Shown: one piece after another, positions 25,468 through 37,559 of the stretch
How positions within the stretch are numbered: position 1 is the stretch's first letter
How the letters are laid out: each line of letters begins with the position of its first letter
Assembly (NCBI RefSeq): GCF_036321535.1
Contig: NC_087437.1
Span: forward strand, 44,642,001-44,706,000
Origin: Camelus dromedarius
Lineage: Eukaryota
Reading direction: 5' to 3'
Length of the DNA: 64,000 nt
Program-made: the position numbers and the translations under genes
The notes under the pieces: generated by a model
What the model was told of the DNA's origin: nothing
Databases searched by the model: none
The model's input: only the letters and a program-made list of their open reading frames with translations

Positions 25468-28029
25468 GTAAATGTACCTGCATCACCGTGCTTCACTTTC
25501 GTAGCTGCGCGCTCACCCTCGCACGTGCTTGCTCACTCTCTTTCTCTCTCTCTCTCTGGACGAAAGTAGACAAAGTAAAATTGATTAAGCCATGAGCAAG
25601 AATGTGTATCTCAGCCAGGGTGTCTTGTATGCTAATTTGCTGAGATCACCTCTAAGAATGATAGAGAATTAGACTACAGTGAACTGTGCATGGTCTGCAA
25701 CTACCTTATTCTTGTAGCTACCGGAGCTGCCATATACCTACAGTGGTGTTTACCTGGTTATTGTGTTTCTCCTTGGCTTGATAGTGCCTGGACAAGAAAG
25801 GATCAAGTGATACATGCTATTACCTTTTTTTTTTTTTTTTAACTTTCTAGCAATTTTCTGGAATTAGGAAACAATCTTGCACATTAAATATTGATTAACT
25901 TAGCCTTATATCTCACCTATCCGGTACAGAGATTGGACTCAAAACAGTAGTTTCTTTCCTTTCTGCCTTCTGTTCTCCTTCCCTTCAGTCCTTTCTTCCT
26001 CTATTCTTACACCCCTACCTCCCTGCTCCTTCTTTCCCACTTACAGCTCTACCTGAGTCTCCTTACCTGCCTGCCTACCTACCTAACTTAGGAAGCCTTT
26101 GTTCAAGTGAAATCTTGCATGCAGTGGGTCACAGTTAGAATACAACTGGAATAATTAAGTTTCAAATGCTTCTGATATGTCTGGGTCTCACAAATGCACT
26201 GTGTTTTAATGGAATATGACAATTTTGGATTGATGTCATATTAACCACAATAAAAACACCATAAAACTCTTAGACTATTTACTTTTATGATTTTTTAAAA
26301 AGAATTTTGTTGCAGATATGTAGGAAGAAAACAACACAAGTTTAGTTAGGAAGATGAAACTGTTTGATATTCTAGTTTGTTCAATACCTCAGCTTCAGAG
26401 GGAAAAAAAAAAGACCAAGTATCTAATGGGAAATTCTTTTTTCATTTAATCACTCAAAAAAAAAAAAAAGATGTCTATTGGCTCTCAATAAAAATCCAAA
26501 AGGTATGTAAAAGAAAATAGCAAGTGTCTTTTTAATTTGAAGGAAAGAAGTCTTCAAAATGAGAAAAATATTACAGTTGCAAAGTTTATCAAGATTCACA
26601 CATTGCAAATTGAAATGCTTTTCCACATTCAAATAGTGGCATGAAAGTTTGTTCCATTACTCAAAAGAACTAATTCAAATAAAGAAATTCCATTGCTGGA
26701 AAAACCTATTATAATTGATAAATTTTTAGTGAGATGGAAAATGTAATAGCTCAACCAATCTCCCAAACTTCTATTCCAAACTACTTACTTTAAGAATATA
26801 AACAATTTAAAAAACAATTTGGGGAGTATATTTGTGATCTGGGCTGATTTTAGTAATTCAGAAATTTTATCATAAAGAAAACCATGTTTTAGTTTTCTTG
26901 TAACAATAAGGCACATTTTAAGAAAATGTCTCAAAGATTCTTTCTAAACATTTATTTTACTATCTCATAAACCTCCGTATCTGTCTAGTAACTTTCATAA
27001 TCAGTTTATGCTTACTCTAAATTAGCATGTATATTTAAATCTAAGCTGTGTTCTCGATAGACTTGTGTAACATTAGGAGTTCTAACTTAAATTCCTGAAC
27101 ACCCTAACTCCTATGCATGGGAAAGTGTAATGCAAATAGTCCTTAAACTTGTTTGAGCATCATGCCTTGTAACCTGTAAGTTGAATCAGAGTTGTGGCCT
27201 TGCATATATGTGATCAATTATATTTTCAAATTAAGCAAATATTTTTGTAGTTAATAAAATATTTTGTGATTTACTGAGTCTGTTGTACCTTTTGATAATT
27301 TATGGTTTCTCAATCAAGAGATACCATAAATACAACTACTGTAGTGTGGGAGTCCATGGGAAAAATGTTTGTTAGATAAAGCTCTTTCTGTTCAAAAAGG
27401 TTAGGGGACTCTGTTGTAGAGTATTTATGTGTTTATGCATATTTGAAACTAATAATACATTCAGTTACTTCTTGGCTTTTTCCATGACTAGTTGAGCAAA
27501 AATATGCGAGTAAAGAAAATGTTGACTAGTATATGGATTTGATTATTAGTTTATAAAATGTACTCCTGTAAATTGCTATATCAGATTATTTTATTACAGT
27601 TCATGGAGCCTTTCTGTAACAATCTTGTTGAGGAGGGATTTAGAAAATGATTAGTTTTCCTGTTCTGTCTCCCTGTATCAAACCTACTCCTTCTGAAGAT
27701 TAAACATTTTCTTTTAGACTGAAACCAATGTGTGTTCTAAATATATTCCCTAATATATTTAGAAGATGAATAAGGAAAGCACATGTTGACATGTCATAAT
27801 GCCCTTTCTAATTTTCTTTGCATAGGAACCCCTTGAAACTCAGAGTTCTAATTAAGAGGATGAGGTGATACTGGTCAAATGGAATTTATAGTGGTAGAGT
27901 TGTTAGAGATTTGATTCAGTACTGATCTTGGTCCTTGGGGAAAATTAAAAGATTTTACTAAGTAGGTTCTTTAAAAGGTATCATTTCTTCTGTGAAGAAT
28001 CTTCATCTTCAAGCTGTTGTGGAAACGGT

Positions 28030-28200
28030 AGATTTTACAATCAGAGGAATCTGAGTTCAAATCCTGTCTGCCATAAAGCACGTGGTCTTAGGCAGGATTA
28101 ACTTCTCCAGGACTTGATTCCTCAAATGAGTGTATTAATGCCTTTGTTGTGAGGGTCTCCTGAGAATTAGATGGGACTGACATGTAGATTTTGTCACTGT
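28030..28200 (+). mobile_element. MIR SINE fragment
   Basis: aatcagaggaatctgagttcaaatcctgtctgcc...ttaggcaggattaacttctc...gttgtgaggg. Confidence 0.6.
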
Positions 28201-29220
28201 GGTAGTGTGTGTGAAAATAGAAGCTGTTTTTCTATAGTTCTTGTGTCATAGTAGACATTTTTAATAGGAATATTGTGTGTAAAGCAGAGTAATTAAGCTT
28301 TGAAGTTCATCATTTCTATTTATTTAAAGTATTCATTTTTAAATGAATTGTCTTTTCACCTGTTTTACAGAGACATGGCTGAATTTTCAACAGAAAATAG
28401 AGATAATATTAGTGATTTGCTAGGTGATCAAGCTCTTGGAGTCTTTTCATCTGATAGTATTGGAAGAAGAAAGATATGTTTCTAAGACATGAATTAATAC
28501 AGTTTAGGATATTTCTATAGGATTGCCACCATGATAATTACTCACTAAATGTGCAAGAATAGGAGAAAAATAACAGAGGGACTTCTTCGTAGTACTTACT
28601 AATGGGATCAGTGGTCTTCAATTTTTGGAAGCAGGGTTTAGCAGAGAAGTGGAAAAATTCTTCTACTGAATCATTTTTTGCTAGTAATGTGGGTGAAATG
28701 CATCAGGCTTATTTCAGGTAATATGTGCAGGGCCACAATTATATTATGCCCTATTTTACTCAGAATACAGAGCTTCTTGGTACGAAAGTAGCTCAATACT
28801 TCAAAGGAAAGGGCTGGTTTTATCAAACACCAAAGTGACTTATCCATGTCTGTTCTCTGGTTCAATGACTATAAAATTAAATGCTGAAGCTAGAGCAAAT
28901 ATTTCCTTCTGTATTCTGAAGTTGAATCTCATCCTATATTCACCATTTAAGAACAATTTTCTAAAAGTTTACTTCTTTCCAGAACATGCTTTAAAATATT
29001 TTGTCTTAGGTTATAGGTAACTCCTCACCACCCTTATTTAAGTTCCTTTATGACTCTCGTGTACTCTATTAAATAGTATGGGATTGCTTTAAAGGAAAAA
29101 GAAGTATTATGCAGTGTAATGATTTTAAATAGGAAGTTTTTATTATTCAACAAATAATTGATAAAGTGGAATCTCTTACATATGCTAAAGATAGATTTTT
29201 TTTTTTTTTTTTAATTTCAG

Positions 29221-29340
29221 GATTTCAAAAAGGTTCTGCAGAGAAATCTTGTGGCTTATGTTAGTCTCCACAGTCCTGTAAGGGGTAACTCGAGTCTCTA
29301 CTCTATAACTTCACCGTCTCTTCAGCAGTTGGTAGCTGAG
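29221..29340 (+). CDS. NAALADL2: NAALADL2 internal coding exon (probably exon 9), 120 nt, phase 0-0
   Basis: Acceptor T17-aatttcAG and donor GAG|GTAAGG. Translates DFKKVLQRNLVAYVSLHSPVRGNSSLYSITSPSLQQLVAE, homologous to GCPII '[22 protein letters not shown]'. Confidence 0.96.
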
Positions 29341-31539
29341 GTAAGGTGAACCACTTTTTACTAAAATGATTATGCAGAACTGCCTTTTTCTCTATAATCT
29401 GGAATTTCTTGAAATTTAAATTTTTGTTAATGCATGAAGCCATCTGTAAGTGTTTTAAGGAATGATCTACTACTGATTATATATCAGCGTCCCTTTAACC
29501 AATTTCCTATGTTCTGAAACTCTTATGGCTACAGTTGTAGGTATGAATTATCCATTTATAGAGAATGTGTGTAAAATGTAAATTTATTTCTAAAAAGTTG
29601 AATTTAGCTCTCAAATTCCCAATTTTGTCGATCTTGGTGTGTTGTAGTAAACTTGATTACTTTTGGATTTCTTCCCCTTCATTCATGATTTGAGTAAAGG
29701 TGGGACCTTTGCTATCTTTTCAACTACGTTTTAAGTTTCATCGTAATAGGGTCTTTGTCTAATTCCTGGAATGCTGTGATAACTAAATTTAAGATACTTA
29801 AAAAATACTGTTTAAAAAACATTTATGGGAAAAGGAAAGAATGCATTTTCTTACAAAGTAACTTGAAAAAACATCATGCAGTTTGTGATAATGTCTCACT
29901 AGGGTTATTTATTTCTTTAAATTGAGTCACTTCTCGCCTTTTCCAAAGAATTTTTCAGAATATCCTTCCTGTTTATTCGTAGAGTTCATGCTTTTACTTC
30001 TGCATTCTTTGTATGACTTTCAGTAAAACCGTATGTGTTACTTCTCAGAATGAAAGCAGTCATGCCACTACTGGAGGGTGGTTTCCTCCCAACCCCTTTT
30101 GGCGTATGTTAAAAAATGACCTTTTCGATGCCCACAGTTTCCAGTATAGCAGACATTGAACTAGAAAAAGAGAGAGTTAATGGACAGTGCTTTGGATTAG
30201 CCATAATTCTTGATTGAAATGTAATGCAAACTAACATTTTATGACTTTCATGAAGTGTTTTCTTGTTTAATAGTTTTCATTGACATTTCCGTATGTAGTA
30301 TAATAAAGAAGACGTTATAAAAGATGAAATGGTTAAACCTGTACATCTAAGATCAGCGAAACCCCAGTGTGTGTGCCCTAAGTTATATCCTGATCTGTAC
30401 GTGAGTTCCTGCTGCTCTTTGTACTGCTTTGAATTCTCTGACTTTCCTACATGCCTGGAAAAAACTCAGAAGAGAAAAATCAGGTGCGCTGTCTCCCTTG
30501 GGAAGTTAAGATATTCCTGTATAAGTAGGTGATCAGAATGAAGAAAATATGAGCTCAAATATCCAGAAATTAGGGAGAGGTAGTTTAAAAATTACATCTT
30601 CTCTTTCTCCTTTGCTATAATTTTTCTATTTGAGAATCTAGGAAGATATGTAATCATTGAAATTCAGAGGTAAATAGAAATTAACTATGAAGGAGTATCA
30701 AATCTACAGCAGTGTCTACCTATAGAAATAGCACATCTAAAGAAATGTCCCTAAGTATAAAGCTATTTAAAATATCTCAGTACATCTCATAACAGAGGAC
30801 TGTAAAATATTTTTCTATCTCAACCTAACCATCTGAGAGTACAGCATGGTTTCTCAATTATGGCAGATGTACCTCCTTATTTTGGGGGATAGGAAAAACT
30901 CCCACAATAACTTGTATGATTTGATTAAAATAATTCAGCACTTGTGGCTTTTAAAGGAGAGAATAAAATGTTTCTTTCAAAGAAAGAATTCAATTATAAC
31001 ATCAGAACATAAGTGACTTCTCTTACAAACACAAAAATATTTTTCTCAATCTTAAGGTCTTTATATTTCATCATTTCATTTAGATTGTTACCATGTTTAA
31101 ATGACGTGTCCCATATAATCGTATGCAAACCCCCCCAAAATAATCAAACAAAAACAAATTAAATATAATTCTACATGAAACAATATTTTCTATAAAGAAT
31201 GCATGCTGACTAAATTGTGGATGACAAAAGTCTGTATGAAATATTAAGTACTCTTGTATAGCAATGTGTGGATTCTAGAAGATCTTGCTAAGTTCATGTA
31301 GTGGACTTAAATGTCAGGTGGAATCTTTAAGGAATTACTATACAGTACCACATTTTTTTTAAACTGGATGCGTATAGACTATTTTAATGGATCACAAGCT
31401 TGAAAAAAACCAAAAATGTGAAAAGGTTGCCCTTAGGCAAACACCAGTTCAAACTTCATTAATAATATGCTATCCCACTTAAGGAAGATGGTCGTCTCAC
31501 TGTACTTGATCCATCAGATACTTTGCTATAGTGTTCTTT

Positions 31540-31900
31540 TTATTTAAATTACACTTATTCGATAAATTGAGTTATAGTTTATATAAAATAAAATTCTCCC
31601 TTCTTACATGTACAGCTTTATGAATTTTGACAAATGTATGCATTCAGTTAAATACCATCACAATCAAACTATACAGTGTTTCATCACCCACCCAAAAGTC
31701 CTGTAATACCCCCTGCATTCCGTCTCCTCCCTTCATCTCTAGTTCCTCGCAAACACTGATCTGACTTTTGCCCTTATAGTTTTGTCTTTCAGAATATCAT
31801 AAAAATGGAATCATACGGTATGTGGCCCTTAGTGTGTGGGTTTTTTTACTTAGCATAAAGACTTTTACGATTTACGCATGTTGTTACGTGCATCAATAGT
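31540..31900 (-). mobile_element. L1MB7/L1ME1-like 3' end
   Basis: tacagctttatgaattttgacaaatgtatgc...aaacactgatctgacttttgcccttatagttttgtctttcagaatatcataaaaatggaatcatac. Confidence 0.75.
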
Positions 31901-32564
31901 TCTACAGCATCCTGTAGACCACTAAGGGAACAGTCAGTCATGACCAGGATGAGTGCAATACCTTTGGAGCTCTCCCTCTGGTTCGATGCTCTAACTTTGG
32001 TTTTGAAATGAAGACAAATTAAACTGTTGACTTTAAGAAAATAAGTCACTTCCCTGAGATTGGTCCCCAAGTTTGAACTAAATCATCCTAAGTGGGGAAA
32101 GGTGAAAACTTTTGAAGATTCAGAAATGTTTAATTAAACTAAATCCACTGCCAGTGATTATAGGTTTTTCTTGGAATTCATGAAAGATTGACTTTAAAAA
32201 AATTGTCTGAAGAACAGTGAAAAGCTATTTACGGGTAATAGGAACTTGAGCATTCATTGTACTGCACTCTCTTCTTTTGGGTTTATTTGGAAATTTTTAT
32301 TATAACTTGAAAAAATAGCCTCAAAAATCCTTAATTTTTGTAAGTTACAACACTGATAACTAATATTTTTTCTTTGGAAAGTACCAATAATCTACCAATG
32401 ACTTACCCATTGAGTGGTAATAAGGGGCAATAACCAAGGCTTTTATATTGACGTTTTTAGCTAGTACTTTTATTACTATTTTGAACATACTTTTCTATTT
32501 CCTTTGTGCTACAAATATTTTTACAAAAGTAAAAATAATTAATTCACTTAAAATTAGCTTATAA

Positions 32565-32670
32565 AATAAAAAAGAATATGAAAAGGAATATATATGTATA
32601 TGTATAACTGAAACATTATGCTGTACACTAGAAAGAGACATTGTAAACTAACTTCAACAAAAAAATTTTT
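32565..32670 (+). mobile_element. Short L1 3' tip with 13-bp TSD
   Basis: aaaagaatatgaaaaggaatatatatgtatatgtataactgaaacattatgctgtacac...A-tail. TSD aattagcttataa at 32552-32564 and 32671-32683. Confidence 0.85.
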
Positions 32671-33011
32671 AATTAGCTTATAATTTTTAGAATTAAAAAA
32701 CTCAATTCAAAAAACTATAAAATTAATATTAACATTTCTTTAAAACTCCACATTTTAAATTATAAAATTATATATATTTTAAATTATAAATTAACTCCTT
32801 TGTAAAAATATTAATTTCATATTGATATTTTACTTCATATTTTATTTTACTCTGAAAAATACAGGGAAATAATTTTTAAGTGTTATAATAGTCATGCTAA
32901 AATGTACATTACAGGTATCAAAAATATGTCAAGTGTATAAAACAAAGTATTTTTGACAAAATCTAGTAAAATATTCACAAATCAACTTTTTAGTTTAAAA
33001 AATATCATCTA

Positions 33012-33668
33012 TTCCTTAAAAAATTAAAAAAGAGTTACCATGTGATTCAGCCATCCCACTCCTGGGCATATATCCAGAGAAAACTCTAATTTGAAAAGAG
33101 ATATGCACCTCAGTGTTCAAAGCAGCACTATTTACAACATCCAAGACATGGTAGGAACCTAAATGTCCATCAGCAAATGATTGGATAAAGAAATTGTGGT
33201 ATATATGTACAATTGGAATACTACTCAGCCATAAAAAATGAAACAATGCCATTTGCAGCAACACGGATGGACCTAGAGAGTATCATACTAAATAAAGTAA
33301 ATCAGACAGAGAAAGACAAATTATTATATGATGTCATTTAAATGTGCAGTCGAAAAAAATGACACAAATGAACTTATTTACAAAACAATAACAGACTGGC
33401 AGACATAGAAAACAAACTTATGGTTACCAAAGGGGAAAGGAGGGGTGATAAATTAGGAGTTTGGGATTATCAGATACAAACTACTATATATAAAGCAGAT
33501 AAACAGCAAGGTACTATTGTTATAGCACAGGGGACTATATTGAATAGCTTGTAATAACCTATAATAAAAAAGAATATAAAAAATAAATATATATGTATAA
33601 CTAAATCACTATGCTGTACAGCAGAAACTAACACAACGTTGTAAATAACCATACTTCAATTTAAAAAA
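33012..33668 (+). mobile_element. 5'-truncated L1 (ORF2 end and 3'UTR), similar to the 5749-6642 copy
   Basis: ttccttaaaaaattaaaaaagagttaccatgtgattcagccatcccactcctgggcatatatccaga...ccatacttcaatttaaaaaaa. Degenerate TSD aaaaatatcatcta / aaaactctcatcta. Confidence 0.92.
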
Positions 33669-33739
33669 ACTCTCATCTACATGGTAATGTAAGAGATTCA
33701 GATATGAATCTCCTAGTTTTTACTTTGTGGTTCATGGTC

Positions 33740-34200
33740 ATTTGGATTTGGATAATTCTTTCCACTTTTCAGCTATAATGAGTTAGTTGTTAGGATTATT
33801 CTTTTGTTTTGGTAGAATGTGTACACTCATTTGTCTTTGATATTTATCTAGCAGTGGAATTGCTAGGTCACAAGGTAGGCACATGTTTAACTTCAGTAGA
33901 TGCTGCCCAAGAGTTTTTCCAAAGTACTTATACCAGTTTCACTACCACCAGAAGTATGTATGAATGTCCCAGTTGCTCCATGTGATCACCAACATTTTGC
34001 ATTATCATTCTCATTGATGTACGGTGGTATATTTTTGGGTTTTAATTTTAATTTCTCTTGATGATTAATGTTGAACACCTTTTCACATACTCTTTTTCAT
34101 ATCCATTTGTAAGAGTTCTTTATATATTCTTGATATAATTCTTCTGTTGATTGTGTATTGTGAATTCTTCTACTAGCCTCTGGCTTGACTTTCCACTCTC
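33740..34200 (-). mobile_element. Old L1ME-like fragment
   Basis: ctagcagtggaattgctaggtcacaaggtaggcacatgtttaacttcagtagatgctgccc...ccagttgctccatg. Confidence 0.65.
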
Positions 34201-34381
34201 CTATTCATCACTTTATTAATTTTTATTAATCTTTCTTATGGAACTCTTCTAAATAGCATTTATTGTTCCAGTATCTTATAACACAGAACATGGTAAATTT
34301 AATTTAATCTAGTGTTGATGTTTAAGGAATATTATAAACCTTTATAATCCATTCTCTTTTTCACAACCATTGAGTGCTTAT

Positions 34382-34385
<4 letters not shown>

Positions 34386-34441
<56 letters not shown>
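34386..34441. repeat. (TG)28 microsatellite
   Basis: Perfect TG run read directly. Confidence 0.97.
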
Positions 34442-34444
<3 letters not shown>

Positions 34445-35969
34445 CATTCTCTGGGGACTATAGGATGTTCCGTAGAGATGAGTGGAGTGGAATACCCAGA
34501 TCCCCTGAATGAGGAGGAAATTAAAAATCCTTTGTAAGATAGCTGCTTGGAAGAGAGCTCTTTCCTCAACTCAATTTCCATTGACCTCTTAAATACATAG
34601 TAAAGGATACAAGGTCATTGCCTTATTAATGAAACACAATTGCCTTCATGAAAAATAGATTGTAAAATTAAAGATAAAGTAAGATTTCTTTTCAAATAAT
34701 AGTTTTAAACATTAGAATGCAACACAAACACACACATTTCTCTCTATATCTTGCTGTTTCACCTTTATTTTTTGAAATCATCTTTCATAGATCACAGAAG
34801 GTATTGATTTTGCCTTTAGAAAAATAGAATTTGATCATCCATATATTAGTCAGAGCTCTGTAACTCTCAAGTAAAGAGTGATGAAATTTCTAAGCGGTTA
34901 TTTTGGGAAAGCCTGAAGCATTCGTACATATGAAAGTAGTCAATCTAGCTATCTTCTGCTTAAATGTTGCTTTTGAAGCATCTGCCAGAAGCTGGCAAAC
35001 CTGATCAAAACCACACAATTACATCAATATTGTAAAACTGTCCACAGGATAGACAGTTTTTTTTTTAAGTCTGAAAAAGTGACAAAGATATATTTGTTTT
35101 ATAGGGTGTTTTTAAAAATATTTTGTTTTTTTTATATACCCAGAACTGCTCACCCAAAATATAGTACATATATTTCAATTACATTACATTCATTATTGCA
35201 TTGAGCCCAGAAAGAGACTACAGTATGACTTTGTTGTGAATATTCCCAGTCTGTTGCAGAGTTCTAGTATGTGATTAAGTATTTATTAAAAAAAAAAAAA
35301 AAACCCATCTTGTTTGACATTGCTTTAGGTGTATAGGGCACATGATAAGCAGATGAAATGCTCCTTTGCTCAGGAGTTTATGATTTTACCATGAACCTAA
35401 GACATGAATAACTAGATAAAATATAGGGATGAATATGATATTTGTATACCAGAATTTAAAGGAAGGAGGTAATGTGATTGGTTTAATTCATAATCGTGCA
35501 TTAAATAACAGTGGCAAAACGTTTGACTGTACTTAGACTCTTGAAGAAATTTAACCATCTGTCTTTAAATGTGAATACTTTGATCATGTACCCAAACTCC
35601 TCTTTTACGTAACTACCAGTGCTTCTTTTCAAATCATACAAAGTGGTGTCCGTTTCTGTTTCCTTGCTCAAATTAAGAACAAAGTTGTACTTCTAGTCAT
35701 TTCCTCTTGTGTTGCAGGGCACTGGACTGTCACAGCTAAGTTGCCATGGCACTTGTGCAGTCATTACTGACTGCTGTGGTCCTGGTTTGTGTTCTGCCTG
35801 ACCATGCCTCTATTCTGTAGGTTGTAAAAACAGAACATGGGAGATACTTTAGCCCCAGAAGCAGATTGGTTCAGTTCTTGAAGCCTGACTTTCAAATAAC
35901 CTAATTATTAATGAACGATGTTTATCTTGACTATATGCAGACACTCTAGAATTAAAAAGAAAAAAACAA

Positions 35970-36297
35970 AGCCCTAGTTTGCTAGAGCAGCCATAACAAA
36001 AATCCCACAGGCTGGGGGCCTTAAAGAACAGAAGTTTATTTTCTCACAGTTCTGGGGGCTGGGGATCCAAGCTAAGGTGGCCGACCGCCACCTTCTCACT
36101 GTGTCCACGTGGCCTTGTCCTCTGTGCACACCCATTCTGGTGTCTCTCTTTTTATAAAACGTAGTCCTATTGGATTCAAAATTATGATCTCATTTAACCT
36201 GAATTACCTTCTTAAAGGTTTTCCCTCCAAATACAGTCACATTGGTGGTTAGGTTTCTGCCTCTGAATTTGGGGAGGACATAATTTGGTCCATATTA
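35970..36297 (-). mobile_element. MaLR MLT1A-like LTR
   Basis: tagtttgctagagcagccataacaaaaatcccacaggctggggg...tttattttctcacagttctggg...ctccaaatacagtcacattgg...gaatttggggaggacataatt. Confidence 0.8.
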
Positions 36298-37559
36298 CTG
36301 ACCCAAATGCAGAGAGTATTAGAGCACAGAAGATATAGCAGTAGAATTAAAACAGCTGCCTTTTCTTTTTTTCTCTCTCCATTGTTGATCATTTTAATGC
36401 AGATTACTGAAACAAAGCTTAATTTCTGTTATGCTTGCTTTAAAATATAAAAGTACAATTGACTGATATTCTTATACTGACTTGTCTTTTCTGATATATG
36501 GCATAGTTTCTGTTTATTTGTTTTCATCTTTTGTTTTTTAAGGAGAGACTGTTTGCACTCTTGTTCACTATGAATTCCAACTCTTTTCAGGGGATTCTAC
36601 TTAATTTATCTTCCTTTCTACTACTCCTACTACAAGTAGTCAACTTAAGTGACCATAAAGACTAATAAACTGATTTAAAGCCCTTTCTTAGACTAATTTA
36701 CCACTTCAGTAAAGTTTCACATTAAAAATTGTGATTCTATTGGCAGGTTTATCTGTCTCCTAGGTTTACAAGGCTTTACTTTGTGTTAAAACCAAGCAAT
36801 CCCTCCAGTTTATTACTGTTTTACAAGGTTTTCTGTTCAGTATATGCTGACAATTTGCAAATCCCTTTTTATTTAAATCTAGATAGCAAGGGAGTCTTAG
36901 TGAGATCCTGGCTAAAACCCTGAATTTCAGAAAGCAGTTGGGTTAAATATGTGGGCAGTATAGCCAAAGAGCAGTGCAAACAATTTGCGATAGTAACAAA
37001 TTTAGATTGAACACATTCATGCAGTCACCATTAATGTCACATTCTTAAAATGGTTTTAGCTGACTTTTTGTCTGTGACTTTTGTTGGGCATCAGACCTCT
37101 ACAGGACTCAAAAGAATGGACCTCATTTACTCAGGAGAGGTATTAGCAAATCATCATTGTTGGCAAGTCAGATAAAATTGTTCCACCTACACAGCGTCAT
37201 CAGTACAGTACAATACACTTTACCATTTAAAAAAATAAAACTTACTCGTATGAATTGTTACTTTTCCCATCTGATATTTGATATGTTTTCATTAAAAACC
37301 TTCCACTTCTGTCACCAGTTAATCATGTATTTAGCAACCACAATAGTAATGCTTTGCTAGTATGACACATGGCATTTTATGAGGGTTTTATGAGTAATGA
37401 AATTAATGTAAACAGACAACGTTTATGCTTTTTTAAAAAAAAGGAACCACCTCATTAAGCATAAGTAATGGAACAATTTTTTCTTATCTATTGGCATGTG
37501 CTTACCTTTGATAAATTGTGTAAGTTAAGGCTTTTCTGGTTTGTTTGTTGTTTCTCTTT

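Noticed and set aside
25195..25569. 124-aa ORF as a standalone gene
   Set aside because: Only 25262-25467 is homologous to M28 proteins and is bounded by AG/GT; the flanks are intron.
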